Assembly (NCBI GenBank): GCA_918797485.1
Contig: CAKKNE010000003.1
Location: 2,604,001 to 2,668,000, forward strand
Reading direction: 5' to 3'
Length of the DNA: 64,000 nt
Origin: Pelagomonas calceolata
Lineage: Eukaryota
Under the pieces are notes generated by a model. That model saw only the letters and a program-made list of their open reading frames with translations, searched no databases and had not been told where the DNA came from. Both the position numbers and the translations under genes were made by a program. Positions 32,709-42,663 of this stretch are shown piece after piece. Positions within the stretch are counted from its first letter, which is position 1; each line of letters begins with the position of its first letter.

Positions 32709-33203
32709 ATGGTTTTGGTCGAGTGTCGGTTCGGAGATGCGGCCGCCGTGGAGATGATGGTCGACTCGGGCGCGCAGCACAGCGTGATCTCGGCCCCGTT
32801 AGCTCGAAGGCTCGGCCTGATGAACCGCTTGGATCGGTCCGAGCAGGGCGTCGCCGCGGGAGTCGGAAGAGCGCGGATCATCGGCAAATTACGGTCCGTG
32901 GCGATCTACCTGAAGAACGTCGAGTTCGCTTCCGCGTAGAATTTGAATTTCACGGCCCCCCACGCTATCAACGCAATGCTGTGCGCACGCAGGTTCGCTT
33001 TAGACTTCTCGGTTCTAGAAGTACAAGATCAGTTGTTGTTACTGGGCCTCGACCAGCTCCGCCGCTTCAGATGCATCATTGACCTTGAGCAGAACGTCCT
33101 CGTGTTCGGCGGCGCCGGCGGCGTGCAGGTACCCTTCCTCGAGCAGGAGCGCGTCCGGCGCTACATCCAGGGGACTCCCCTCGACGGCTGCCGGCAGATG
33201 TGA
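32709..33203 (+). CDS. DDI1/NRIP3-like retroviral-type aspartyl protease domain; join(32709..32923,32993..33203), 5' exon unresolved
   Basis: MMVDSGAQHSVIS, GVAAGVG.ARIIG and LLLGLDQLRRFRCIIDL. A 69-nt intron removes the in-frame TAG. Confidence 0.75.
32924..32992 (+). mobile_element. Decayed introner-derived intron (69 nt)
   Basis: Perfect 8-bp direct repeat GTTCGCTT (32924-32931 and 32993-33000). Left end CCGCGTAGAATTTGAATTTCACGG resembles CTGTGCGGAAATCAAATTTACGG, with internal CCCCACGCTATCAACGC. Confidence 0.75.
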
Positions 33204-33210
33204 GTGTGTA

Positions 33211-34095
33211 TTAATACCTTTGTTTCTTACGTGGGGGGTAAAAACCTTTGTTTCGCGGAGGCTCAAACACAACAACACGCCCCACAACGGCCTCGAGCTC
33301 CTTTAATAATTTCTTGTTCCGCGTCGCCGCGACGACGACGTCGACGGCGGCCCCAGTCGGGGCTCGCGCGGCTCGACAAAACTCGGCGACGAGCCGCGCG
33401 AGCCCCGACTTGACGCCGTCGCACCGGCTCTCCGCGACGCGAATTAACACGGCGCGCGCCGCCCAGGGGCCCCCATCCAACGCCGCGAGCTGCGCCGCCC
33501 AGGCCCGCCGCCGCGGCCCGCGCGGGTTCAGGCAGACCACGTGCGCAACCGCGCGTCCTTCCACAAGTGCCTCGGCCGCCTCCAGCACAGCCTCGACGCC
33601 GTCGAAGCGGAGCTGGTCGCCGTCCCAGGCCACGAGCGCCGTCGGCGTCGCGGTGGCCCAGCGCGCCGTCGCCACGTCGCCGAGCGGCAGGAACGGCGGC
33701 GCCGTCGCCGGCGCCGCGGCGAGCGCGCGCTCGAGCGCCGCCGCCGCGCCGGGCACGACGGCCGCGACGCGCGCCTGGACCCAGGCGTCCGGCGCCTCGC
33801 CGCCACCGCGCCAGCGCTCGGCGCGCGGCCGCCGCTTGCCCGGCGCGGCCTGCACGCCGCGGACGTCGGGCCGCCGCGCGACCGCGAGGCCGGCGCCCGC
33901 CGCGGCCGCCGCGACGCAGCGCCGCTGCCGCGCCGTGAGCGGGCCGAGCGCGAGGCCTTCGTCGTTCGGGCGCTTCCTCTTCTTCTTCTTTCCGACGCTC
34001 GGCGCGGCGGCTCGCGCGTAGACCTCCTGCGGTTGCTTTTTGGGTTGTGTGCTTTTCTTCTTTGCTACTTTGCGTGTTTTTTGGAAGATCTTCAT
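33211..34095 (-). CDS. Hypothetical Ala-rich protein with Lys-rich N-terminus
   Basis: ATG-started 294-aa ORF with coding-like codons; no family recognised. Confidence 0.5.
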   Translation of the reverse strand: MKIFQKTRKVAKKKSTQPKKQPQEVYARAAAPSVGKKKKRKRPNDEGLALGPLTARQRRCVAAAAAGAGLAVARRPDVRGVQAAPGKRRPRAERWRGGGEAPDAWVQARVAAVVPGAAAALERALAAAPATAPPFLPLGDVATARWATATPTALVAWDGDQLRFDGVEAVLEAAEALVEGRAVAHVVCLNPRGPRRRAWAAQLAALDGGPWAARAVLIRVAESRCDGVKSGLARLVAEFCRAARAPTGAAVDVVVAATRNKKLLKELEAVVGRVVVFEPPRNKGFYPPRKKQRY

Positions 34096-34290
34096 AGCTG
34101 TGTGCCGTTTTGCTCGTTAGCGCAAGCCAGTCGAGTGTGTGCTCTCCTTACTGCCTCGACTATCCGGCTGTGGTACAATGCTGTAGCTTCGCGTCCCAGC
34201 GCAGAACAAACGTGGCAGTTACTAGCGTTGCGCTAAATCAGTTCTAGCCGCGCTAGACCGTATTACACAGTGGGCTCCAATCAGCTCGAC

Positions 34291-34312
34291 CTAGCGTTGG
34301 TAAAGACACTAG
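34291..34312 (-). promoter_or_regulatory. CTAG-bounded intergenic motif copy
   Basis: CTAGCGTTGGTAAAGACACTAG in a divergent region. Confidence 0.6.
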
Positions 34313-34536
34313 CAAGTCTCTGAGAGCTTGGAGTTTCAAGGTGACTCAGCGCCGTCTGCGAGCAGCGAAACTGCGAGACGAAGCCGTGGTTAGCAGCCCA
34401 CCCACAACTGCTACTACAACGACGCACGCACGCTCGGTCTGAAACGCTCGTCGAGCTGTCAACACTTCCATTAACAAAGGTGTATCATTTGCACCGCATT
34501 TGCAAAGCGGAGCGCGAAACCGTCTAAGACGCAGCG

Positions 34537-35622
34537 ATGAGGCGCCGCCACGCTATGCTGCTGCTGCCCGCAACAATCTTGGCCCTCTCGATGCAGACGC
34601 AGGCGCCGCCTAGAGTAGTGGTAGATCTCGACGTCGTCGCGGACACGCTGCCCCTCGAGTCCGAGGTCTACTTGAGTGCGTTGCAGAGTCTCAGGCCCGA
34701 GGGCCCCTGGCGCGACCAGCGCGACCTCCCACAACATAGATGGAGAACCTTTGACTTAGCAAGGAAGTACCACCGCGTTTTGAGGGAGTTACGAGTCGTG
34801 CGGCCCGCGGACGCGTGCATGATGCTGCGCTTGTTGTTTGAGGAGGACGAGGTCGGGCGCCGCGCCATCGCGGCTAGAAAGGACCCGTCGGGCACGAAGT
34901 GGGAGGGCGGTGGCTGGGCCCCGACCGAGGGCGAACTGCAGGGCGTGCGGCCGGGCACGCGGCCCCTCACGGCGGGGGAGGTCGTCGAGAACTGGGACGA
35001 GGTGCTCGGGCCGCGGTGCTTCGCGCGGTGGCGGAGCGAGGACGCCGATTTTCAGCTCGCGGATATTGACGACGCGGTCGCGACCGCGGCGGCGCAGCGC
35101 CTCGAGGACGCGGCGGCCGTGGCCGACGCGCTGGCCTGGCGGCCCGACGCGCTGCGCGCGCTGCGCGCGGCGCAGCGCGCGGGAAGAGTGTACCGGGGCG
35201 CGCCTCTGGTATTAGTGCGGCACGACCTGCTGGGCCTCTCGACCGTCGATCATTCTGGAGACGTTTTGGCGGGCTGGCGCGGCGTGGTCCGGACGGTGCT
35301 GCCGCGCGCCGACGTCGCGTTTTGCAGAGGCGCGCTGGACGTCGCGGACGAGCTCCTCGACGGCCACGCGGAGCAGACGCTGTACTACGGCGGGTCGCCG
35401 CGGCTGACCCTGCAGCTGGGCGCGGCGCTGCAGGGCGCCGTCGAGAGCCGCGAGACGGGCCTGCACATCTGCGAGTGGGTCGACCGCTGGCGCGACGCGG
35501 GCGCGCCGCCGCCGATGCCGCCGCAGCTCGACATCATCTCGCTCGAGGACGAGCACCGCGACTTCCGGGCGGCGCTCGGCGTGTCCGTGCGGCCGCGGGG
35601 TTTGGCGGATTGGACGGAGTAA
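34537..35622 (+). CDS. Hypothetical protein with signal peptide (possibly HAD-like fold)
   Basis: 361-aa ORF with a hydrophobic N-terminus followed by VVVDLDVV. Confidence 0.6.
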   Translation: MRRRHAMLLLPATILALSMQTQAPPRVVVDLDVVADTLPLESEVYLSALQSLRPEGPWRDQRDLPQHRWRTFDLARKYHRVLRELRVVRPADACMMLRLLFEEDEVGRRAIAARKDPSGTKWEGGGWAPTEGELQGVRPGTRPLTAGEVVENWDEVLGPRCFARWRSEDADFQLADIDDAVATAAAQRLEDAAAVADALAWRPDALRALRAAQRAGRVYRGAPLVLVRHDLLGLSTVDHSGDVLAGWRGVVRTVLPRADVAFCRGALDVADELLDGHAEQTLYYGGSPRLTLQLGAALQGAVESRETGLHICEWVDRWRDAGAPPPMPPQLDIISLEDEHRDFRAALGVSVRPRGLADWTE

Positions 35623-35633
35623 ATGTGTAGATA

Positions 35634-36095
35634 TTAGCTTACCTTACTCCCGTGCAGCCGCTTGTACCGCACGCGCGCCTTGACGCCGTCGATCCAGCAC
35701 CGGATGTCCTCCATCTCGTAGAGCGTGTCAAGGCAGTCGGAGGCGTCCAGCATCGGCGCGCCGGACCCGTCCTTCAGTTCCCGCAGCGCGTCGTAAAAGT
35801 CCGCGAGCGTCCGACCCAGCGAACGTATGTACGCCTCGACGTAGCTTTCTAGGAGCCGGACGAAGGTCGCGTGCAGCTCCTGCTGCGCGAAGCTGAACTC
35901 CTCCGAGTCCGGGTCCGTGTGCGGCATGCATTGGTCCTCCAACGCTTCCAAAGCTTTATACTCGTCCATGCTGTTCGCGTCGAAGAGGTCGAAGAGGTAG
36001 TTGCTCACGAGGCTCACGAGCTCCGCGGGCGACCGCGGCGGCGCCGTGCGCGTGAAGCGCGAGACCGGCGGCGGCGGCGGGCCGGACAGCGCCAT
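35634..36095 (-). CDS. BART-domain (ARL2-binding / CFAP36-like) protein
   Basis: EEFSFAQQELHATFVRLLESYVEAYIRSLG...FYDAL matches the BART helix pattern. Confidence 0.65.
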   Translation of the reverse strand: MALSGPPPPPVSRFTRTAPPRSPAELVSLVSNYLFDLFDANSMDEYKALEALEDQCMPHTDPDSEEFSFAQQELHATFVRLLESYVEAYIRSLGRTLADFYDALRELKDGSGAPMLDASDCLDTLYEMEDIRCWIDGVKARVRYKRLHGSKVS

Positions 36096-36369
36096 GGTGT
36101 TGCGCGGTGCGTACCGCTGCCCACTGGTCTACACGTTTGGCTCGTGCGGCCGGGATCGTAGACGACGCGTCGACGCCGCGGCGCACGCGATCACTGGTAC
36201 CAGGATCTGGGACTGAGTGGCCCTTTTGTGCCCAGGGCTGCCCGCGCGGCCGGGATCTGCGCCACCGGTCCGTGCGCGCGACAGAGCCCCACGATACAAG
36301 GAGCAGCCTCCCGCTCACGCGGCAGGAGACGCTCACGAGGCCCCGAAATCACAGCGCTCAAGCTCGCCT

Positions 36370-36390
36370 CTAGTGTCTTACGGTCGCTAG
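36370..36390 (+). promoter_or_regulatory. CTAG-bounded intergenic motif copy
   Basis: CTAGTGTCTTACGGTCGCTAG in a divergent region. Confidence 0.6.
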
Positions 36391-36615
36391 CTCGCGGGCC
36401 ACACGCAAAAAAAAAGCCCATACTGCACGCTGCAAGTGTTCTACATATCGTCAATATTCGTTATCACAGCGCTGCTGTCGTGTCCCATCGCTGCGCCTCG
36501 AACGGTCACGCCAGCGAGCGGTAAGACGCCTTGCCTGCCATAAGTAACAAACCACCTCGGGCCGCCGCGCGGCGGCTGAAGAGCACGAGACGCTAGCTCG
36601 AAAAACGGTGGCTAG

Positions 36616-38433
36616 ATGTCGACCGTCGACCGCGCCCTGGCCCTCCTCACCGGCGACGACGCGCCGCCCGCGCCGACGCCGAGCGCGAGGACCATCGAAA
36701 AGGCCGTCGCCTGGGAGATCGAGGACGAGATCGCGGCGAAGACGGGCCGCGCGCGCTTCGGGCCGCTCCAGGCCTTGGCCGGTGACCTCGACGCCCTCGA
36801 GGAATCAATAAAAGAGGTCGACGCCTGGCTCGCGAAGAACGTCGACGACTTGGATGGGGTGGATGCGGCGGTGCGCGACGTGTCGGACGACACGAAGACG
36901 AACGAGGTCGTCACGGAGAATCTGGAGGCCCTGGACCGCGTCCTGGCCAAGGTCGTAGCAACCGCGCCGCAGGGGCTGAGCCTGCACCCGCGCGCGGAGA
37001 AGGCTTTGAGGTTGCGGTCGGTGGATCGCGACGTGACGCGGGGCGCGGACCAATTACGCGCGGCGCTGAAGAACGCCTCCGTCCTCAGAAAGGACGACAC
37101 CTATCAAGGTTTAAGGAGCGTCCGCGAGCAGAAAAACCACTTGGATCGGGTCCGGTCGAGGTTCGCCCAGGACGCATCAAAATTAGCGTCGAAGCGCCTC
37201 TCCAATGTTTTTATGAGGCAGGACTCCGTCGGCGGGACGACGGCGTCCGCGGAGCAGCGGCGCGACGCGTTATTACGTAGACAAGCCGCCGCGCACGACC
37301 GGGTGTTGAAAGATGCGTCCCTAAAAACGCTGTGTGGGGCGCTTGCTCGTATAAGAGCCTCGAGCGCTCTGAAAGCATGTCATCAAGCGTGGGCCAAGGC
37401 GTCCGCATCCATGTACGGCGAGTCCATCGCGGCGCTGATCGACGCTTTGAAGCTTGAATCACGGTTCGTCGAGCGTCTGCTGGACGACGTCATCCCAGTT
37501 GTCGACCGGGAACAGAGCTTCGCCAAGAAAGTTTTCGGCGCGCGCGACGACGACTGTCTGAAGGTGCAATTCGCGGCGTTGCGTCAAGCTCTTTTGAACG
37601 CGGCGGCGGCTTCAGATACAGATCCCATCACCGTCTACGCCGCGTGCGACCGTAAAACATCGTCCTTCGTCTCCACTCTGCTCAAGGAGGCTCGAGCAAA
37701 GGCAGCGGACGGCATCCGCCAGGAGGTGCGTTTAGCGGGAGACCGCTGCGACGCGCAAGATCTCAAGAGGTACAAAAGGCGGGATCATAAACTAGGCGGC
37801 GCGCCGGCGGACGGCGCCGCGTTCGCTTGTAGTTTGTGCGACGCCGTCGAGCGGTCTCTGTCAAGTTTGGACGATCAGAGAGTAAGGAAGGACGTCGTCG
37901 AGCCCGCGTACAAGGCTCTACTCCTCAAAGTCGATGTGATGATCGAGCGCACCGCGGCGGCCAATGCGAAGCACGCCCATCTATCTGTTGTAGAGACCCG
38001 TTATTTCTTAGCGCGGCGGCTTTTGAATCATACCAAGTCGCCCCGGCTCCAAGCCTACGCCGCGAAGTGCCGCGCTGCTTCAGATGACGCTTCAAAGGCC
38101 TACGCGACGGCTATGATGGATAACGCCTTCCCGAAGGCTTCATTGTATTTTGATGCAAGGTCGCGCGGCGCCGCGACGTCGGCGAAGGGCTTCGACGCGG
38201 CTAGATCGGAAGTCGCCAAGGCCGAAAAAGGTTTAAGGAGCCTAGCCGAGCGCCTCGACAAGCACGTCGCGGCGCGCGGCGACGACGCGTTGCGGGGCAT
38301 GCTGCGGGGTTGTGTGTTTGGCCACGCGGCCGCGGCGATCGCGTCCTACGACGCTTTGGCTCGCGCGGACGGGCGGGGGTTGGAGGATGCGGCGCGGGCG
38401 GTTGCTCTTGCGAAGCGGATGCGGGCGTTGTAA
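36616..38433 (+). CDS. Exocyst component Sec3/EXOC1-like helical protein
   Basis: N-terminal coiled coil, REQSFAKKVF and LAERLDKH; divergent. Confidence 0.5.
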   Translation: MSTVDRALALLTGDDAPPAPTPSARTIEKAVAWEIEDEIAAKTGRARFGPLQALAGDLDALEESIKEVDAWLAKNVDDLDGVDAAVRDVSDDTKTNEVVTENLEALDRVLAKVVATAPQGLSLHPRAEKALRLRSVDRDVTRGADQLRAALKNASVLRKDDTYQGLRSVREQKNHLDRVRSRFAQDASKLASKRLSNVFMRQDSVGGTTASAEQRRDALLRRQAAAHDRVLKDASLKTLCGALARIRASSALKACHQAWAKASASMYGESIAALIDALKLESRFVERLLDDVIPVVDREQSFAKKVFGARDDDCLKVQFAALRQALLNAAAASDTDPITVYAACDRKTSSFVSTLLKEARAKAADGIRQEVRLAGDRCDAQDLKRYKRRDHKLGGAPADGAAFACSLCDAVERSLSSLDDQRVRKDVVEPAYKALLLKVDVMIERTAAANAKHAHLSVVETRYFLARRLLNHTKSPRLQAYAAKCRAASDDASKAYATAMMDNAFPKASLYFDARSRGAATSAKGFDAARSEVAKAEKGLRSLAERLDKHVAARGDDALRGMLRGCVFGHAAAAIASYDALARADGRGLEDAARAVALAKRMRAL

Positions 38434-38464
38434 GTGTTGTTGGTTTGTACTACAAGTATCTTAA

Positions 38465-39814
38465 TCATACGGTGTACCAGAACCCGAGGATGCGCAGGAA
38501 GACCTCGTCCGGGATGTCCGGCGGCGGAATAATGTCCCGCACCGGCGTCTCGTCCTCCTCCTCGGAATCGAGCGGCGCCGCGCGCGGGAAGAGGCGCTTG
38601 TAGATCGGCGGGCAGTCCGGTCGAGGCACGGCGCGTTTCGATGCGGCAAGACGCCGCAGCACGACGAGGGGCATCCGCGTCGCGAGCAGGTACTTTTTGT
38701 AGCTACCGCCCGCGTCACGGACCCTTTTGTGCAATGCGTGGGCCTCGACGACGCCGTCCAGCATGTCCGGGTCGGGTTGCTCGGTCATATAGATGGCCTT
38801 GGCCCGGTCGGCCATAGCCATGTCGAATATCGCGCCCAGGCTCAACAGCACGTGCGCCAGGTGGGGCTGGCCGTATTGGACCGTGCTTCCGAGTGGTGTC
38901 ATGACATGTACGTTCACGGCGTCGATGTCGGCGCCGGCGGCGACCAGGACGCGGGCCACCGCGGGCTCGCCGTTGGGGACGCTATAAAACAGCGGCGTGC
39001 AACCGTCGCCGCTGCGCGCCTCGATGTCGGCGCCGTGGTGCAGCAGAACGCGCACGCACTCGACCTTCCCGGCAATCGCTGCCCAATGAAGCAATGGGGT
39101 GTCACACTCGGGCGACGTAAAGCTTGCGACGTTTCTGGCGCCGACTGCCTCAACGGCTCGCATTACCGCGGGATTCTGTTCCACTTTTGTGAGGCCGCGG
39201 TCTAGCGCGCGCGCGCTCCAAGCACCATCGCTTTGAATTACACGGACGTTCACGTCGTACAGAGACTCCAAGCGGCTCACATGCACGTCCCCATGATGAA
39301 AGAAATCGGCCCAGGGGTGGCGAGCGGTCGCCACCTCCTCCTCGTCGTCCGAGGGCAGTTGGGACAACTCCGTCGATGCCTCGTCTGTCTCCCACGTGCC
39401 CGTCGATGCCTCCTCCTCCCACTCGCGCTGCAGCCTTCTCGCTAGAGCTTCATCATCTTCCTCGTCGGAGTCCATTCCAAAGGTGAACGCGGGGCCACCT
39501 GCAGGCGCAGGCGCCGGCGGCGCGGGGCTCGCCCGAGCCCCGAAGGTAAAGGCCGGGCCGCCAGCAGCCGGCGCAGGTTCGGGCGCTGCAGCACCAAAGG
39601 TGAACGCAGGCGTCGAAGCCGCCGGGGCGGGCGCGGGCGCGCCGGCGGCAAACGTAAACGTGAACGCTGGCGTCGCTGCCGCCACGGGTGCGGGCGCCGG
39701 AGCCGCCGCGCCGAAGGTAAACGCCGGAGCCGCTGGTGCTGGCGCAGCCGCGGCGGGCGCAGGCGCCGTCGCCGTGAAGCTAAAAGTCGCGGCGGCGGGC
39801 TCGTCGGCCGGCAT
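38465..39814 (-). CDS. Protein with FTFG repeats, UIM-like helix, ankyrin repeats and C-terminal F-box-like motif
   Basis: PAFTFG repeats, DDEALARRLQREWE, ankyrin motifs LLHWAA/TPLFY/GADID and terminal IPDEVFLRILGFW. Confidence 0.8.
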   Translation of the reverse strand: MPADEPAAATFSFTATAPAPAAAAPAPAAPAFTFGAAAPAPAPVAAATPAFTFTFAAGAPAPAPAASTPAFTFGAAAPEPAPAAGGPAFTFGARASPAPPAPAPAGGPAFTFGMDSDEEDDEALARRLQREWEEEASTGTWETDEASTELSQLPSDDEEEVATARHPWADFFHHGDVHVSRLESLYDVNVRVIQSDGAWSARALDRGLTKVEQNPAVMRAVEAVGARNVASFTSPECDTPLLHWAAIAGKVECVRVLLHHGADIEARSGDGCTPLFYSVPNGEPAVARVLVAAGADIDAVNVHVMTPLGSTVQYGQPHLAHVLLSLGAIFDMAMADRAKAIYMTEQPDPDMLDGVVEAHALHKRVRDAGGSYKKYLLATRMPLVVLRRLAASKRAVPRPDCPPIYKRLFPRAAPLDSEEEDETPVRDIIPPPDIPDEVFLRILGFWYTV

Positions 39815-39995
39815 CACAGCGGTGACCTGAAGGCTCAGCTTGGGCAAAGCTGTGCTGGGTGTGCGAATTCGCAATAAAACTCGACGTGCGCCGCTTCTGG
39901 TGCCTACTGCGTCGAGTACGTGCCGTAGTACAAGGCGGCAATGCTGTCAAGCCTGTGGACTTGGAGGCCCCTGCAATGCGAAATTATGTTTCTAG

Positions 39996-40017
39996 CTAGC
40001 GGCCTGTAAGATACTAG
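39996..40017 (-). promoter_or_regulatory. CTAG-bounded intergenic motif copy
   Basis: CTAGCGGCCTGTAAGATACTAG in a divergent region. Confidence 0.6.
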
Positions 40018-40232
40018 AGAACAGGCGCAAAGTTGGGCTGCGCGGTGCAATCAATAAACCGCCGCGTGGTTAGCCTGCCGAAGGCGTCCGACACTGTCTC
40101 AGAAACCAGCGGAAGCGGCCCAGCCAAGGCTCTTCGCCCGCGCGGCCGCAAGGGCTGTAGACACGGGCCGCCTCTGAAAAGTCCAAAAGCACGCGCCAGC
40201 GGTAGACGCCAGCCGACGCGCCCCGCAACAAA

Positions 40233-42422
40233 ATGCGCGCCTCGCCGTCCACGGCCGCGCGCCAGACCATGAGCGCATTGGAAATGGGCGACCTCGACGC
40301 CGACGCCTTCGGCCAGGCGCCGGTGTCGCTGCGATTCCGGCACGGGCCGCTCGAGGACCGGTATCGGAGCTATCGGGCGCGGCGAGCGAGGGAGCTGGGC
40401 GCGACGCCCTGGGTCACGAGATTAGGCATGCTCGTCGCGCGCGTGCTCGCGGATGTCGTGGATGGTCTCGCGAGGAAGCGAAGCTGGCACCGCTACGAGT
40501 TGCTCGCGACGGGCTTGTTCGGCATTTGCGTGGTTGCGCTGTACTTCGCTTCTAGACATATCAAGATCGCGTCGGGTGATGGAAGTTATGAGAAGTGGTG
40601 CGCCGCGGTGTTATGTCTAGCGGTCCTGCAGGCGGTCCAAGTAGTATTGGCGTTCTCGTTCTTCGGGGACAAGTGGTCTCGACCGTATTACCTAGGATTG
40701 GACGTGGCCGTCGACGCCGGGTTGTTCGCTTTGTGTTTTGGATTGCACTTGGTGGCGATAGCTGGCGCCTTAGCATGCGACTTTGTTGCGTTAGGGATTG
40801 GCCTGGGAACCACAAAACACGCTCGAATCTATCCCCTGCTGTCGGCGGCGGTGTTAGTTGTGGCCTTCCTCGTAGTAGCAAGGGCCGCCGACCGGCAAGC
40901 GAGGCAGCACTACGTCGAATCTTTAAGGTTTGACGCCAAGCAAAGTCGAGATATGAGGGGCATCTCGAACCCCTTCTCCACGGTCAACCTGGCCGCCTGG
41001 CTCTTCCCCTCCGAATCGAGGAACCGCGAGGAGACCCCGAACAACCGCCCGTCCGCGGACCTCGCGTCACCAAGCATCTCCAAGTCGTCACTGGCGGCCA
41101 TGGTGCAACGGAGAACGTCCCAGTCCCAGCCGCCGGCGCAACCGTTTGCCTCATTACCGCCGCAGCCGACGCTCGCCAAAAACGGCGAGGAGGAAAAGAA
41201 GGAACCTGAGGTTCCGGCGCCGAAGCCTCCTCCCGCTGTTGTCAAGAAACCTAGACGGTTCGCCACGCTCCAGTCGTGGCAGATCGACTACGAGCGGTTA
41301 CGAGTTGTTGCCAAAATTGGCGCCGGGGCCGCGGGCCAGGTGTATCATGGGGAGTTCTTGGGCGCGCGCGTGGCGATCAAACAATTATTTAGTTCCTTCA
41401 TCGACCCGTCGAACTTGGATGAGTTTAGTAGGGAGGTGACTCTGTTACATAAGCTCAAGCACCCTCACGTGTTAACGTTCTACGGTATCTCGCGCCGAGA
41501 CGTCTACTGTTTCATCGTGACGGAGTACTGCCCCTATGCTCTAGATGCGATCTTGTCGGGTGGTAGGGTCGCGGATGATGTCCTGAGAGGCGCCAATGGC
41601 AAGCCGCGACAGACGCCGCGATTAACCGTAGCAGCCAGAACAACTATATTGTATCAAGTAGCATTGGCCTTACAGTACCTCCACGCCGAAAGGGTATTAC
41701 ACCACGACCTGAAGCCGGGCAACATTCTGCTGGACCGGGACTTCACCGCTAAAGTATCAGATTTCGGACTGGCCCAACTCGTCGCCGACACTGAAGATGT
41801 TGTATCTAAGGGCCCCACGAAGGCACCTAGAAGGATGTCCGCCGGGGCGACGGCGGTCTATGCCGCGCCGGAGATGTTACTTAAATTACGCGGAAGGTTT
41901 AAGGATCGGCCCGACCGGGGCGAGAACTCGTCCGACTCTACCAGAGATATGTCCGATTCAGGCAGAGTAGTGGCGGGCAACTTCGACGAATTGTCGAAGC
42001 TCGATGTGTTCGCCTACGCGATTGTGTGTGCGGCCGTCTTTTCACAACGCGGAGACCCGTACCATTTTTATGTTACAAACGCGCGATCTCCCCAAGCGCG
42101 GGAAGCGGACATCGCGGACGCCGTGCGGGACCAGGGATTGCGGCCCCAGGTCCCCGCGGCCCTACCGGAGGAGCTGCGGCCGCTGATGGAGCGGTGCTGG
42201 GCGACGCAACCGGCCGACCGGCCGGCGTTCCGCGAGATCGCGCGGCGGTTGAAGGCCGTCGCCGTGCGCCACGGGACCATCGTGCCGACGACATCTTCCA
42301 AACTGCCGCTCGGGCCGGAGGCGCGCGGCTCGGAGTCGTCGGCGCACTCGTCCTTCTCCGACGAAAGGGAAGACCCGCGCGCCAAGCCCGTCTACACGAG
42401 GAAAGCTCACCTGTACACCTGA
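40233..42422 (+). CDS. Multi-pass membrane TKL-family protein kinase
   Basis: About 5-6 hydrophobic segments, then IGAGAAGQV, VAIK, HHDLKPGN, DFG, APE and CW...RP.F. Start at 40233 or 40269. Confidence 0.9.
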   Translation: MRASPSTAARQTMSALEMGDLDADAFGQAPVSLRFRHGPLEDRYRSYRARRARELGATPWVTRLGMLVARVLADVVDGLARKRSWHRYELLATGLFGICVVALYFASRHIKIASGDGSYEKWCAAVLCLAVLQAVQVVLAFSFFGDKWSRPYYLGLDVAVDAGLFALCFGLHLVAIAGALACDFVALGIGLGTTKHARIYPLLSAAVLVVAFLVVARAADRQARQHYVESLRFDAKQSRDMRGISNPFSTVNLAAWLFPSESRNREETPNNRPSADLASPSISKSSLAAMVQRRTSQSQPPAQPFASLPPQPTLAKNGEEEKKEPEVPAPKPPPAVVKKPRRFATLQSWQIDYERLRVVAKIGAGAAGQVYHGEFLGARVAIKQLFSSFIDPSNLDEFSREVTLLHKLKHPHVLTFYGISRRDVYCFIVTEYCPYALDAILSGGRVADDVLRGANGKPRQTPRLTVAARTTILYQVALALQYLHAERVLHHDLKPGNILLDRDFTAKVSDFGLAQLVADTEDVVSKGPTKAPRRMSAGATAVYAAPEMLLKLRGRFKDRPDRGENSSDSTRDMSDSGRVVAGNFDELSKLDVFAYAIVCAAVFSQRGDPYHFYVTNARSPQAREADIADAVRDQGLRPQVPAALPEELRPLMERCWATQPADRPAFREIARRLKAVAVRHGTIVPTTSSKLPLGPEARGSESSAHSSFSDEREDPRAKPVYTRKAHLYT

Positions 42423-42476
42423 CCATTCTGATGTAATAATTCGTATCCTTAGTCTCGTTGCCCCGTCGACGCGTCG

Positions 42477-42499
42477 TTAGCGGCCTGTAAAGACACTAG
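42477..42499 (-). promoter_or_regulatory. CTAG-bounded intergenic motif copy
   Basis: TTAGCGGCCTGTAAAGACACTAG upstream of the gene at 42664. Confidence 0.55.
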
Positions 42500-42663
42500 C
42501 ACCTCGCCTCGGAGCCACACAACTCAACTTTGATCCGCGCGACCGGATTAACCGCTTCACGCGGCGTAACGGACATTCACGTTTGCTGCATTCAATTTCA
42601 AATACGGCCTCGCTGAGTTCTGCACGGACTGCCCTTGCCACTGATACTACTAGAGGAGCGGCC

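Noticed and set aside
32709..33203. Aspartyl protease as part of an LTR retrotransposon
   Set aside because: The DSGAQ and LLGLD pattern is DDI1-type, it is intron-containing, and no gag, RT, integrase or LTRs are adjacent.
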